Of a DNA stretch of 32,000 nt, positions 18,861-28,152 are shown piece by piece. The translations under genes and the position numbers were made by a program. How positions within the stretch are numbered: position 1 is the stretch's first letter; every line of letters starts with the position of its first letter. Below the pieces are notes generated by a model. The model ran no database searches, was not told where the DNA came from, and saw only the letters and a list, made by a program, of their open reading frames with translations. The DNA comes from Nitrosospira multiformis ATCC 25196. Lineage in GTDB: Bacteria; Pseudomonadota; Gammaproteobacteria; Burkholderiales; Nitrosomonadaceae. The stretch covers positions 2,610,001 to 2,642,000 of the forward strand of contig NC_007614.1 in assembly GCF_000196355.1 (NCBI RefSeq), written 5' to 3'.

Positions 18861-20267
18861 ATGCGATCTCTTTCTCGTTTTTTAATTGCTATTTTCGGTT
18901 GCGGCGCTCTGCTCGCTTCCTGTGATTCGTTTGAAAGATCGGTATTGCCGTTCGACAAAACGGATGAGCTGGTGGTGATCACCGTCAATAGCCCGGATAC
19001 GTATTACGAGAATGCAGAAGGCAGTTATGCCGGGCTGGATTACGACCTCGCCACTGAGTTTGCGAAAGAGCTGGGAATGAAAGTGAGATTCAAGACAGTG
19101 CCCAGACTGGATAAGGCATGGTCTCTCCTTGAAAAGCATAAAGGACACTTTGCCGCCGGCATGAATATCAGCGCAAAGCACTCGCGGCATGTCGCGTTCG
19201 GTCCGATTTACCAGCTCGTACAACCCCAGCTCGCCTATAACACGGACTACAACAAGCCGAAAAACCTTCATCAGCTCGGTGGAAGAACCATTCGCATTGC
19301 GAAAGGCGTAACCCATGCTGAACAGCTGAACAAGGCAAAGCACGAGGTGCCCGAGCTGAAATGGAAAGAGATGGACCTCACGCCCGACGAACTGCTGGCG
19401 AGACTGGCGGAAGGCAAGGTCGATTATGTGGTAGCGGATTCAACCCAGATCAATCTCGCGAAGAATTTTTATCCTAATCTGAATGCAGCATTCAATTTGG
19501 GCGATTCGGTAGGACGAGCATGGGCATTTTCACCCTTTGCCGAACAGGCGTTACTGGAGGCGACACAAAAATTCTTCACGCGCATCCAGCAGGATGGGAC
19601 GTTGACGCGCCTGCTCGACCGATACTACGGACACATAGAACGTCTTCATCATACGGATGTAAACGGCATTCTTGCGAAACGCCGCACCATTTTGCCTGAA
19701 TTGCGCGAACATTTTTATGAAGCCGAAGAGTTGAGCGGGATCGACTGGAGATTGATTGCGGCACTCGCCTATCAGGAATCGCACTGGGACGCCCTGGCGA
19801 CTTCTCCCTCCAACGTGCGCGGCATCATGATGTTGACGGAAATCACGGCAGACCGGATGAAAGTGACGGATAGACTGGATGCACGGCAAAGCATACTTGC
19901 GGGAGCGCGCTACTTCGCATTACTCAAGGATAAACTGCCCACACGCATCAAGGAGCCGGATCGCACCTGGATGGCACTGGCTGCCTATAATCAGGGGCCG
20001 AGTCACCTGGAAGATGCCCGGATACTGGCGCAAAAGATGGGGTTGAGCCCTGATGCTTGGGTCGACCTGAAAAAAACGCTGCCGTTGCTGAGCCAAAGCG
20101 AACACTTCCGTACTCTCAGGCATGGTTTTGCGCGCGGAGGTCAAGCAGTTGTACTGGCGGAATCAGTACGGATCTATTATGAGATTTTGCAGAAATACGA
20201 ACCTCCATATTCTTGGGGTTTTCCCATCGTTGCCAGAAAGGAGGATGATTCCTGGCAGGAGTTCTGA
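18861..20267 (+). CDS. mltF: Membrane-bound lytic murein transglycosylase F
   Basis: Lipoprotein signal (FGCGALLASC); SBP-like domain (YAGLDYDLATEFAKELGMKVRF); SLT domain (DWRLIAALAYQESHWDALATSPSNVRGIMMLTEITA...YNQGPSHLEDA). Start adjusted to 18861. Confidence 0.93.
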   Translation: MRSLSRFLIAIFGCGALLASCDSFERSVLPFDKTDELVVITVNSPDTYYENAEGSYAGLDYDLATEFAKELGMKVRFKTVPRLDKAWSLLEKHKGHFAAGMNISAKHSRHVAFGPIYQLVQPQLAYNTDYNKPKNLHQLGGRTIRIAKGVTHAEQLNKAKHEVPELKWKEMDLTPDELLARLAEGKVDYVVADSTQINLAKNFYPNLNAAFNLGDSVGRAWAFSPFAEQALLEATQKFFTRIQQDGTLTRLLDRYYGHIERLHHTDVNGILAKRRTILPELREHFYEAEELSGIDWRLIAALAYQESHWDALATSPSNVRGIMMLTEITADRMKVTDRLDARQSILAGARYFALLKDKLPTRIKEPDRTWMALAAYNQGPSHLEDARILAQKMGLSPDAWVDLKKTLPLLSQSEHFRTLRHGFARGGQAVVLAESVRIYYEILQKYEPPYSWGFPIVARKEDDSWQEF

Positions 20268-20408
20268 TGCCTTCTTTCACGGGCAACAATCCGTCTCAAG
20301 GCAATAATGGACAGCAAACAATAGTTGTTGAGCGATTGCAGCAGGCAGGCTATATTGAACCGGTTTCCTACGAAATTCCCATCGATGTTTTAACTCACGG
20401 AGAATGCC

Positions 20409-21047
20409 ATGACCTTACGCTTAGGCGATACCGCCCCCGATTTCGAACAGGAATCCTCCATTGGCAGGATCAAATTTCACGAATGGATAGATGATTCCTG
20501 GGCAGTATTGTTTTCTCATCCCGCGGATTACACGCCAGTGTGCACAACCGAGCTGGGAATGACAGCCAAGCTCAAGTCTGAATTCGACAAACGTAATGTG
20601 AAGGCGATCGGGTTGTCGGTGGATCCTGCGGCAAAACATACCGGATGGATCAAGGATATCGAGGAAACGCAAGGTTGTACCGTCGCTTTTCCCATTATTG
20701 CGGACGAAGACAGAAAGGTCGCGGCACTATATGACATGATTCACCCGAATCAGTCGGAAACCATGACAGTGCGCTCGCTTTTTGTGATCGACCCGAAGAA
20801 GAAAGTGCGGCTTATCCTCACCTACCCCATGAGCACCGGACGCAATTTCGATGAGGTGCTGCGGGTGATCGATGCGCTGCAATTGACCGATAACTATACG
20901 GTCGCCACCCCGGCCAACTGGAATGACGGCGGTGATGTGATTATCCCGCTGACTATCCAGGATGAGGCAGTGATCAAGCAGAAGTTTCCGAAAGGCTATA
21001 CCGCTCCACGTCCCTATCTGCGCATCACGCCCCAGCCGAATAAATAA
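20409..21047 (+). CDS. Peroxiredoxin, 1-Cys/Prx6 type
   Basis: VLFSHPADYTPVCTTELG active site; SVDPAAKHTGWIKDIEE; long C-terminal extension (VATPANWNDGGDVIIPLTIQDEAV). Confidence 0.94.
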   Translation: MTLRLGDTAPDFEQESSIGRIKFHEWIDDSWAVLFSHPADYTPVCTTELGMTAKLKSEFDKRNVKAIGLSVDPAAKHTGWIKDIEETQGCTVAFPIIADEDRKVAALYDMIHPNQSETMTVRSLFVIDPKKKVRLILTYPMSTGRNFDEVLRVIDALQLTDNYTVATPANWNDGGDVIIPLTIQDEAVIKQKFPKGYTAPRPYLRITPQPNK

Positions 21048-21217
21048 ACCCGGGCCCGAATAGTAGCATTGGCTGGCCGCCAAACACCGTTACCCTTATC
21101 AGGTGGAGCCCGGCTTACGGTATGCAGCTCAGGAGTCCGCCTCTGCCCGGGGTCGACCCTGGGTAAAGTCCAGTCTGATATTGAATGCTTCTTGCAGAAT
21201 ACCCGCCCGTAATAACT

Positions 21218-22636
21218 TCACTCTGCGCCGGGTAGATTCCCCTCCGGCTGGAACCAGGCGAGTTTTCGGTGCAGATTCACAACCTCCCCCACGATAACGA
21301 GAGTGGGGGGAACGAGATGGGCGGCAGCGGTCAACTCGGGAAGCGTTTCGAGGGTAGCGGCAAGCACCCGCTGCTTGCGGGTGGTGCCCTGCTGCACGAT
21401 TGCAGCGGGAGTGTTATTGGGCAGACCGTGTGCGATCAGTTGTTTGCATAGCACGGTCAATCCAAGCAATCCCATGTAAACCACGATGGTCTGCTTCGGT
21501 CGCGCCAGCATTGGCCAGTCCAGATCCACACTGCCATCCTTCAGGTGTCCGGTAACGAATATACAGGACTGGGCGTAATCCCGATGTGTGAGCGGAATGC
21601 CTGCATAGGATGCAGCCCCATTAGCAGCAGTAATGCCGGGCACCACTTCGAAGGGAATTCCGTGTCCCGCAAGCGTTTCGATTTCCTCGCCACCGCGACC
21701 AAAAATAAACGGGTCTCCACCTTTCAGGCGCAACACGCGCTTGCCTTCCTTAGCCAGGCGCACCAGCAAATCATTGATCGACTCCTGCGGCATCGTGTGG
21801 CGGTTACGTTCCTTGCCGGCATAAATCCGGGGAGTATCGCGCCGCAGCATATCCAGGATTTCCGGTGACACGAGCCTATCGTACACGACCACGTCTGCCT
21901 GCTGCATGAGTCGCATGGCCCTAAAAGTCAGCAGTTCAGGGTCGCCGGGCCCGGCCCCTACCAGATACACCTCTCCCTTGACCGGTTCTTCGGTTTCATT
22001 TTCGAGCTCACGCTCGAGCCAGGCCTTTGCTGCCTGATCCTTGCCTGCGAACACCATTTCCGCAAACGGTCCCTGCAATACCCGCTCCCAGAACCGGCGG
22101 CGCTGGGCCGGCTGCGAAAAACGATGTTTTACCCTGTCGCGGAACTCGCCAGCGTATGCAGCCAGGCGTCCGTAAGCCATAGGGATCATGGTTTCCAGAC
22201 GCGCTCGCAGCAGCCTTGTCAGAACAGGGGATGCACCCCCGCTCGAAACCGCGACAACAACCGGCGTCCGATCCACGATCGACGGCATGATGAAGGAGCA
22301 TAGGCCAGGATTATCGACGACATTGACAGGAATGCGCAGCCGCTTGGCTGCTTCCGAGATTCTTTGATTGACGGCGAAATCATCCGTGGCCGCGATGACG
22401 AGAACAGCGTCTGCCAGATGCTCGTCCTGGAAAGTTTCGGCACGGTAAGCCAGCTTTCCTTCCCGTGATTGTTCATTCAGTTGTTCCAGCAGTTCGGAAC
22501 AAAGCCGCGGAGCGACTACGGTAACGTGCGCTCCTGCGCGTAGCAGCATTGCGACCTTGCGCGCGGCGACTTCTCCTCCGCCTGCCACCACACAGTTGCG
22601 ATCATGGATATCGAGAAAAATCGGCAGGAAATTCAC
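21218..22636 (-). CDS. cysG: Siroheme synthase (precorrin-2 dehydrogenase/ferrochelatase plus uroporphyrinogen-III C-methyltransferase)
   Basis: NFLPIFLDIHDRNCVVAGGGEVAARKV; GEVYLVGAGPGDPELLTFRAMRLMQQADVVVYDRLVSPEIL; LRLKGGDPFIFGRGGEE; YAGIPLTHRDYAQS. A GTG start at 22636 is preferred by family N-terminus; the ORF track extends to 22726. Confidence 0.93.
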   Translation of the reverse strand: MNFLPIFLDIHDRNCVVAGGGEVAARKVAMLLRAGAHVTVVAPRLCSELLEQLNEQSREGKLAYRAETFQDEHLADAVLVIAATDDFAVNQRISEAAKRLRIPVNVVDNPGLCSFIMPSIVDRTPVVVAVSSGGASPVLTRLLRARLETMIPMAYGRLAAYAGEFRDRVKHRFSQPAQRRRFWERVLQGPFAEMVFAGKDQAAKAWLERELENETEEPVKGEVYLVGAGPGDPELLTFRAMRLMQQADVVVYDRLVSPEILDMLRRDTPRIYAGKERNRHTMPQESINDLLVRLAKEGKRVLRLKGGDPFIFGRGGEEIETLAGHGIPFEVVPGITAANGAASYAGIPLTHRDYAQSCIFVTGHLKDGSVDLDWPMLARPKQTIVVYMGLLGLTVLCKQLIAHGLPNNTPAAIVQQGTTRKQRVLAATLETLPELTAAAHLVPPTLVIVGEVVNLHRKLAWFQPEGNLPGAE

Positions 22637-22838
22637 TTTTTTGGCTTGAATGAGGAAGAAGTCTTTTCCATACTTTACCCGAAAATACTCTTCCGGGTTA
22701 GGGCGCCGTGAACCTGGCTGCAGCATGGCCGGTTGTATCAGTCGAGGTTATGAATTTGGCTTCTTTTCCAGGTAAATTTTTCATACCGCGCCTTATTTGC
22801 TATGATGCATTCTCTCGCTTCGTGCGAACCGCCTCTTC

Positions 22839-23678
22839 ATGCTCAATATCGATCTGCACTGCCATTCCACGGTTTCCGATGGTTTACTGACTCCTACCCA
22901 GTTGGTGGAGCATGCGGCTGCGCGCGGGGTGGAGGTGCTGGCGCTGACCGATCACGATGATATCGGCGGCCTGGAGGAGGCGCGCAAGGCTGCGGATAAA
23001 AACGGCGTTCTGTTTATCGATGGCGTGGAAATCTCCGTCAGTTGGCGTGGACAGACTGTGCATATCGTGGGGCTGGGAATCGATCCCGCTGACCCCCAAC
23101 TGGTCGAAGGCCTGAGTACCATCCGCCAGGGCAGGACGATGCGCGCACGCAATATTGCAGCCCAACTAGACAAATTCGGTATTCACGGCAGTTTCGAGGG
23201 TGCCCGCAGGAATGCGGGCAATGGACTGATCGGCCGCATGCACTTTGCGCGTTTTCTGGTTGAGCAGGGTTATGCGAAGGATGTGCGAACGGTATTCAAG
23301 AAATATCTTGTAAAAGGTAAACCAGGCTATGCTCCCCATCAATGGGTCTCGCTGAGTGAGGCAGTAAACTGGATCCGCAGCAGTGGCGGCAGAGCTGTGA
23401 TCGCCCATCCGGGACGTTATAAATTAGGCAAGGATGCACTGGAAGAACTGCTGCTGGAGTTTCAGACCCTGGGCGGGGAAGCTATAGAAGTGGTCACCGG
23501 TAGCCATACATTCGAACAATCCCTGCTTTTCGCCAACCATAGCCGACGCCTGGGATTACTGGCCTCGCGCGGGTCCGATTTTCATGGGCCGGGCGAGAGT
23601 TATTTCGACCTCGGTGGAATGCCTCCTTTACCTGCCAACTGTGCCCCTGTCTGGCATGACTGGTCCGGGCTGATGTAA
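22839..23678 (+). CDS. PHP-domain phosphoesterase (3',5'-nucleoside bisphosphate phosphatase-like)
   Basis: IDLHCHSTVSDGLLTPTQLVEHAAARGVEVLALTDHDDIGGLEEA; AHPGRY; SRGSDFHGP. Confidence 0.92.
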   Translation: MLNIDLHCHSTVSDGLLTPTQLVEHAAARGVEVLALTDHDDIGGLEEARKAADKNGVLFIDGVEISVSWRGQTVHIVGLGIDPADPQLVEGLSTIRQGRTMRARNIAAQLDKFGIHGSFEGARRNAGNGLIGRMHFARFLVEQGYAKDVRTVFKKYLVKGKPGYAPHQWVSLSEAVNWIRSSGGRAVIAHPGRYKLGKDALEELLLEFQTLGGEAIEVVTGSHTFEQSLLFANHSRRLGLLASRGSDFHGPGESYFDLGGMPPLPANCAPVWHDWSGLM

Positions 23679-23741
23679 GGCGAAAATCGCGTCCACTTTT
23701 TATGAGAGCGGCATTCCAAAAATTCAAATTTCTGTTGCTAC

Positions 23742-24374
23742 GTGGCCCAATTCTTTTCCATTCACCCCGATAATCCCCAGCCGCGGCTGATACGGCAGAC
23801 TGCGGCCATCGTGCGGGCGGGGGGCGTGATCGTATGTCCGACTGATTCCTGTTACGCGCTGGGGGGGCAGCTGGGCGACAAGAACGTCATGAGCCGTATT
23901 CGCGCACTGCGCGGAGTGGATGAGGATCACCATTTCACCCTCATGTGCCGGGACTTTACGGAAATCTCGCGCTACGCCAAATTCGATAACACCGAATACC
24001 GGTTGCTCAGGGCCTGCACCCCGGGTTGCTACACATTTATCTTTCAGGCTACCCGGGAGGTGCCGCGGCGCCTGCTGCATCCCAGGCGCAATACGATCGG
24101 TATGAGAATTCCGGACCAGGCTGTCGTCCAGGCACTGCTGGCGGAACTGAATGAACCCCTGCTGAGCTCTACCCTGATACTGCCGGGGGAGGCGCTTCCA
24201 CTTAACGATCCTCTGGAAATCCGTGCACGTCTCGAGCATCAGGTGGAGCTGATACTGGATAGCGGCGCCTGCGGCCTGGAGATGAGCACGGTGGTTGATC
24301 TGACCGGGGATACGCCTGTGGTAGTCCGGCAAGGCAAAGGTAGCCTCGCACCCTTTGGAATGCCGAATGGATAG
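23742..24374 (+). CDS. L-threonylcarbamoyladenylate synthase family protein (YciO/Sua5-YrdC-like)
   Basis: IVRAGGVIVCPTDSCYALGGQLGDKNVMSRIRALRG; GCYTFIFQATREVPRRLLHPRRNTIGMRIPD; STVVDLTGDTPVVVRQGKG. Confidence 0.9.
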   Translation: MAQFFSIHPDNPQPRLIRQTAAIVRAGGVIVCPTDSCYALGGQLGDKNVMSRIRALRGVDEDHHFTLMCRDFTEISRYAKFDNTEYRLLRACTPGCYTFIFQATREVPRRLLHPRRNTIGMRIPDQAVVQALLAELNEPLLSSTLILPGEALPLNDPLEIRARLEHQVELILDSGACGLEMSTVVDLTGDTPVVVRQGKGSLAPFGMPNG

Positions 24375-25017
24375 CATTATCCAGAGCATAGCCATTTATG
24401 CGCTTCCGGTCATTTTTGCCATCACGCTGCATGAAGCTGCACACGGTTATGTGGCCAAGCATTTCGGCGATCTCACCGCCTATACGCAGGGGCGCGTCAG
24501 CCTTAATCCCATACGCCATATCGACCCGCTGGGGACCATCGTTCTGCCGATCGTGACGATGCTGCTCGGGGGAATCCTGTTCGGCTGGGCCAAGCCGGTG
24601 CCAGTCAACTTCTCCGCGTTGCGCAATCCCAAGCAGGACATGATGTGGGTGGCACTCGCCGGGCCGGGCGCCAATCTCTTCATGGCAATACTTTGGGGAT
24701 TCGTCATCAAGTTTGCTCTCGGGTTGCCACAGGACGGACTGGCCGAACCCCTGATATTGATGGGTGAGGCAGGAATCAAAATCAACGTCGTGCTGATGGT
24801 GCTGAATCTCTTGCCTCTGCCACCGCTCGATGGAGGCCGGGTTGCGGTAAGCCTGCTGCCGCCCCGCCTGGCCTATAATTTTTCGAAGATCGAGCCTTAC
24901 GGCTTCATGATCCTTTTGTTTCTGCTGGCGACGGGCGTACTCGGGGCTGTTATGGGACCGCTGATTGCAATCACGATCCATTTGATGGCGTTGTTTTTTG
25001 GTTTCGCTACTTATTGA
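24367..25017 (+). CDS. Site-2 protease family (M50) metalloprotease
   Basis: AITLHEAAHGYVAKHFGD (HExxH), FGWAKPVPVN, NLLPLPPLDGGRVA. Start at 24367 overlaps the preceding gene by 8 nt. Confidence 0.92.
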   Translation: MDSIIQSIAIYALPVIFAITLHEAAHGYVAKHFGDLTAYTQGRVSLNPIRHIDPLGTIVLPIVTMLLGGILFGWAKPVPVNFSALRNPKQDMMWVALAGPGANLFMAILWGFVIKFALGLPQDGLAEPLILMGEAGIKINVVLMVLNLLPLPPLDGGRVAVSLLPPRLAYNFSKIEPYGFMILLFLLATGVLGAVMGPLIAITIHLMALFFGFATY

Positions 25018-25067
25018 ACTGCTTCTCTACATAAGGATTCTGATTGGAGTTACCGAGGCAATGATCT

Positions 25068-26270
25068 ATGTTCGCTGATCGTGTTTTGTCGGGAATGCGG
25101 CCGACGGGAGGCCTGCATCTGGGGCATTATCATGGGGTGCTCAAAAACTGGATAGAACTGCAACACCAGTTTGAGTGCCTGTTCTTTGTCGCCGACTGGC
25201 ATGCCCTCACAACCCATTACGATACGCCGGAAATCATCGAAGAGCATGTCTGGGACATGGTGATCGACTGGCTTGCAGCCGGTGTCGACCCGGCCCAGGC
25301 GACGTTGTTCATACAGTCGCGTGTTCCCGCACACGCAGAGTTGCACGTGCTGCTTTCCATGATCACCCCGCTCGGCTGGCTGGAACGTGTCCCGTCCTAC
25401 AAGGATCAGCAGGAAAAGCTGGTTGAAAAAGAATTGAACACATATGGCTTCCTTGGATACCCCTTGCTGCAAAGCGCGGACATCCTTATTTACCGGGCTA
25501 CACGAGTGCCGGTGGGAGAGGATCAAACGCCGCATATCGAGTTCACCCGGGAAATTGCGCGACGCTTTAATCATGTCTACGGCAAGGAGCCTGGATTCCA
25601 GGAAAAGGCGGAAGCGGCGATCAAGAAACTGGGGTCCCGAAAAGCCCGCCTCTATCGGGACTTGAGGAATCGCTATCAGGAACAGGGAGACGACGAAGCG
25701 CTTGCGGCGGCGAAGTCATTGCTGGATGAGCAGCAAAATTTGAGCATGGGTGACCAGGAACGCTTGTTCGGGTATCTGGAAGGCGGTGGAAAGATGATTC
25801 TTTCCGAGCCGGAAGCGATGCTGACGAAAGCGTCGAAAATGCCAGGGCTGGACGGGCAGAAGATGTCCAAGTCTTATAACAACACCATTACCCTGCGTGA
25901 AGATCCGGAGAGCGTCACGAGAAAGATTCGTACGATGCCGACCGACCCCGCCCGGGTGCGGCGTACCGACCCCGGAACCCCGGAGAAGTGCCCGGTATGG
26001 CAATTCCATCTCGTATACTCGGACGAAGATACGAAGAGGTGGGCTTATGAGGGCTGTATCACTGCTGGTATCGGCTGTCTGGACTGCAAGCAGCCTGTCA
26101 TCGATGCAATACTGACCGAGCAGCGGCCAATGCATCAACGCGCGCGCATGTACGAAGAAGAGCCTTCACTGGTGCGAAATATCATTGCTGACGGTTGCGA
26201 GAGGGCCGATAAGCTGGCACAGGAAACCATGCGTGAGGTGAGAGAGGCAATGGGACTGGATTATTCCTGA
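25068..26270 (+). CDS. trpS: Tryptophanyl-tRNA synthetase
   Basis: VLSGMRPTGGLHLGHYHGVLKNW (HIGH-like), VGEDQTPHIEFTREIARRFNH, DGQKMSKSYNNTI (KMSKS). Confidence 0.96.
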   Translation: MFADRVLSGMRPTGGLHLGHYHGVLKNWIELQHQFECLFFVADWHALTTHYDTPEIIEEHVWDMVIDWLAAGVDPAQATLFIQSRVPAHAELHVLLSMITPLGWLERVPSYKDQQEKLVEKELNTYGFLGYPLLQSADILIYRATRVPVGEDQTPHIEFTREIARRFNHVYGKEPGFQEKAEAAIKKLGSRKARLYRDLRNRYQEQGDDEALAAAKSLLDEQQNLSMGDQERLFGYLEGGGKMILSEPEAMLTKASKMPGLDGQKMSKSYNNTITLREDPESVTRKIRTMPTDPARVRRTDPGTPEKCPVWQFHLVYSDEDTKRWAYEGCITAGIGCLDCKQPVIDAILTEQRPMHQRARMYEEEPSLVRNIIADGCERADKLAQETMREVREAMGLDYS

Positions 26271-26353
26271 TTTTTGCTTTGCGCGGGCACATGGGCAATG
26301 CAGCCGCATCGACGCGTGCTATCTGTCATAGACGTTGCTCGACTTACCCAAGA

Positions 26354-27202
26354 ATGAACGACTTTCAAAGCCTTTCCACAGAGGAATCTCCTGCCCCGGC
26401 AGGGACAAATCCTGCGGTAAATCCCATTGCCCGGATACATGGCGAGCCGGTGACGGAGATCCCATCGGATTTATATATTCCACCGGATGCGCTGGAAGTA
26501 TTTCTCGATACGTTTCAGGGGCCACTGGACCTGCTGCTTTATCTTATTCGCAAGCACAATCTGGATGTACTCGATATAGCGATGGCGGAACTCACGCGTC
26601 AATATTTGGCTTATATCGAAATGATGCGTGCGAATAAACTGGAACTGGCTGCGGAATACCTTTTGATGGCGGCTGTGCTGATCGAAATCAAGTCGCGGAT
26701 GTTACTGCCTAAGCCCGTTGCCAAGGGGAATGAGGATGAGGTCGACCCGCGAGCAGAACTGGTGCGGCGTCTGCTGGAATACGAGCAGATGAAGGTCGCC
26801 GGGCAGAAGCTCAACAAGTTGCCCCAGGCAGAACGCGATTTTGCGCTGACAAACGTATGGATCGAGCAAAAGGTGATTGAACGCCTGCCGGAAGTCAATG
26901 CCGATGATCTTCGCAATGCGTGGCTTATCCTGATGGCGCGCCTGAACGTAAATCGCAGGCACAATATCACGCGGGAAGAACTTTCAGTCCGCGAACATAT
27001 GACCCGTATCCTGCGGCATGTGCAGGGACACCATTTTGTGGAATTCAGCGATTTATTTAATGCCGCTGCCGGAGCAGCGGAGCTTGTGGTGACGTTTCTG
27101 GCGTTATTGGAGCTTGTGAAGGAACGCCAGGTGGAGGTCAGTCAGCCGTCCGCTTTTGGAATGATTTATGTCCGACCGATCAGCGTCCTTACCACCGTCT
27201 AA
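26354..27202 (+). CDS. scpA: Segregation and condensation protein A
   Basis: [38 protein letters not shown]...[21 protein letters not shown]. Start adjusted to MNDFQSLS at 26354. Confidence 0.95.
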   Translation: MNDFQSLSTEESPAPAGTNPAVNPIARIHGEPVTEIPSDLYIPPDALEVFLDTFQGPLDLLLYLIRKHNLDVLDIAMAELTRQYLAYIEMMRANKLELAAEYLLMAAVLIEIKSRMLLPKPVAKGNEDEVDPRAELVRRLLEYEQMKVAGQKLNKLPQAERDFALTNVWIEQKVIERLPEVNADDLRNAWLILMARLNVNRRHNITREELSVREHMTRILRHVQGHHFVEFSDLFNAAAGAAELVVTFLALLELVKERQVEVSQPSAFGMIYVRPISVLTTV

Positions 27203-27803
27203 TTTCTCCGTTTCATCCCCTGCTCAGGTTAAAAAGGTTCTGGAAGCTGCATTACTTACCAGCCCGGAACCCCTCCCTCTGGCGGAACTGAAAAAACTGT
27301 TCGCGGGTGAACTGGGCTCGGAAATCCTGCGGCGCCTGCTGGACGAGTTGAACAGAGACTGGGAAGGAAGAGGGGTGGAACTCGTGCAGGTCGCAGGCGG
27401 GTGGCGCTTTCAGGCTCGAGCGGAAATGCAGGAATTTCTCGACCGCCTCAATCCGCAAAAGCCACCCCGCTATTCGCGGGCGGTATTGGAAACGCTCGCC
27501 ATCATTGCGTATCGCCAGCCGGCGACGCGCGGGGATATCGAGGAGATACGGGGCGTTGCGGTCGCAAGTTCAGTGCTAAAGGCACTGGAATCAAGAGGCT
27601 GGATATCTGCCGTCGGTCACCGTGAGGTACCGGGTCGACCCATCTTGTATGCTACGACCGTTGAATTTCTTAATGATCTTGGACTTCGCTCCCTGGAAGA
27701 ATTGCCGCCATTGGAAGAACTGGGCTCACTGATTGAACCGAAGGAAAGCGTGGAACAACTGCCTGATCCAGAGAACATGCCCCAACCAGGCAATCCCGAT
27801 TGA
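27168..27803 (+). CDS. scpB: Segregation and condensation protein B
   Basis: [25 protein letters not shown]; [72 protein letters not shown] (first residues of the motif read [11 protein letters not shown] in this ORF). Confidence 0.95.
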   Translation: MSDRSASLPPSNFSVSSPAQVKKVLEAALLTSPEPLPLAELKKLFAGELGSEILRRLLDELNRDWEGRGVELVQVAGGWRFQARAEMQEFLDRLNPQKPPRYSRAVLETLAIIAYRQPATRGDIEEIRGVAVASSVLKALESRGWISAVGHREVPGRPILYATTVEFLNDLGLRSLEELPPLEELGSLIEPKESVEQLPDPENMPQPGNPD

Positions 27804-28152
27804 ACATGAGGGGGCCAGGAGGAGTTATGGCTCAATTGTAATTCAAGGCAGCCTTCCTTCCGGAAAGACTGCATTTCGCCTTTCTCCCTTCCCCTCTTCT
27901 GATCATGAACTCCCCGCCGTATTTTTGCTTCCGGCTGTATTGCCTGGTTTTCCCTGCGCCCTGACCTGGAGGGCGGTATCTGCCTGTCGAAGGGAGCGGC
28001 GCGGGGATGCCCTGTAAAGGAACGCATGCTGTCAAGGCAGGCAGGTCGGGGCGTCAGCGGGCAGCTGAACCTGCCCGGACTGCTCCAAGGGCGCTCAAGG
28101 GGGATGGCGCTCCCTTCGCCCCGATCCTGGCATCCTTTCCACTACCGCTTGG

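Noticed and set aside
20267-20494. Plus-strand 75-aa ORF between mltF and the peroxiredoxin
   Set aside because: It overlaps the well-supported peroxiredoxin start by 86 nt out of frame and the C-terminal portion is just the alternative reading of that gene; no recognisable domain.
27832-28035. Small ORFs on both strands in the scpB-copD gap
   Set aside because: Low-complexity Pro/Ser/Arg translations, mutually overlapping, without ribosome-binding-site or family support.
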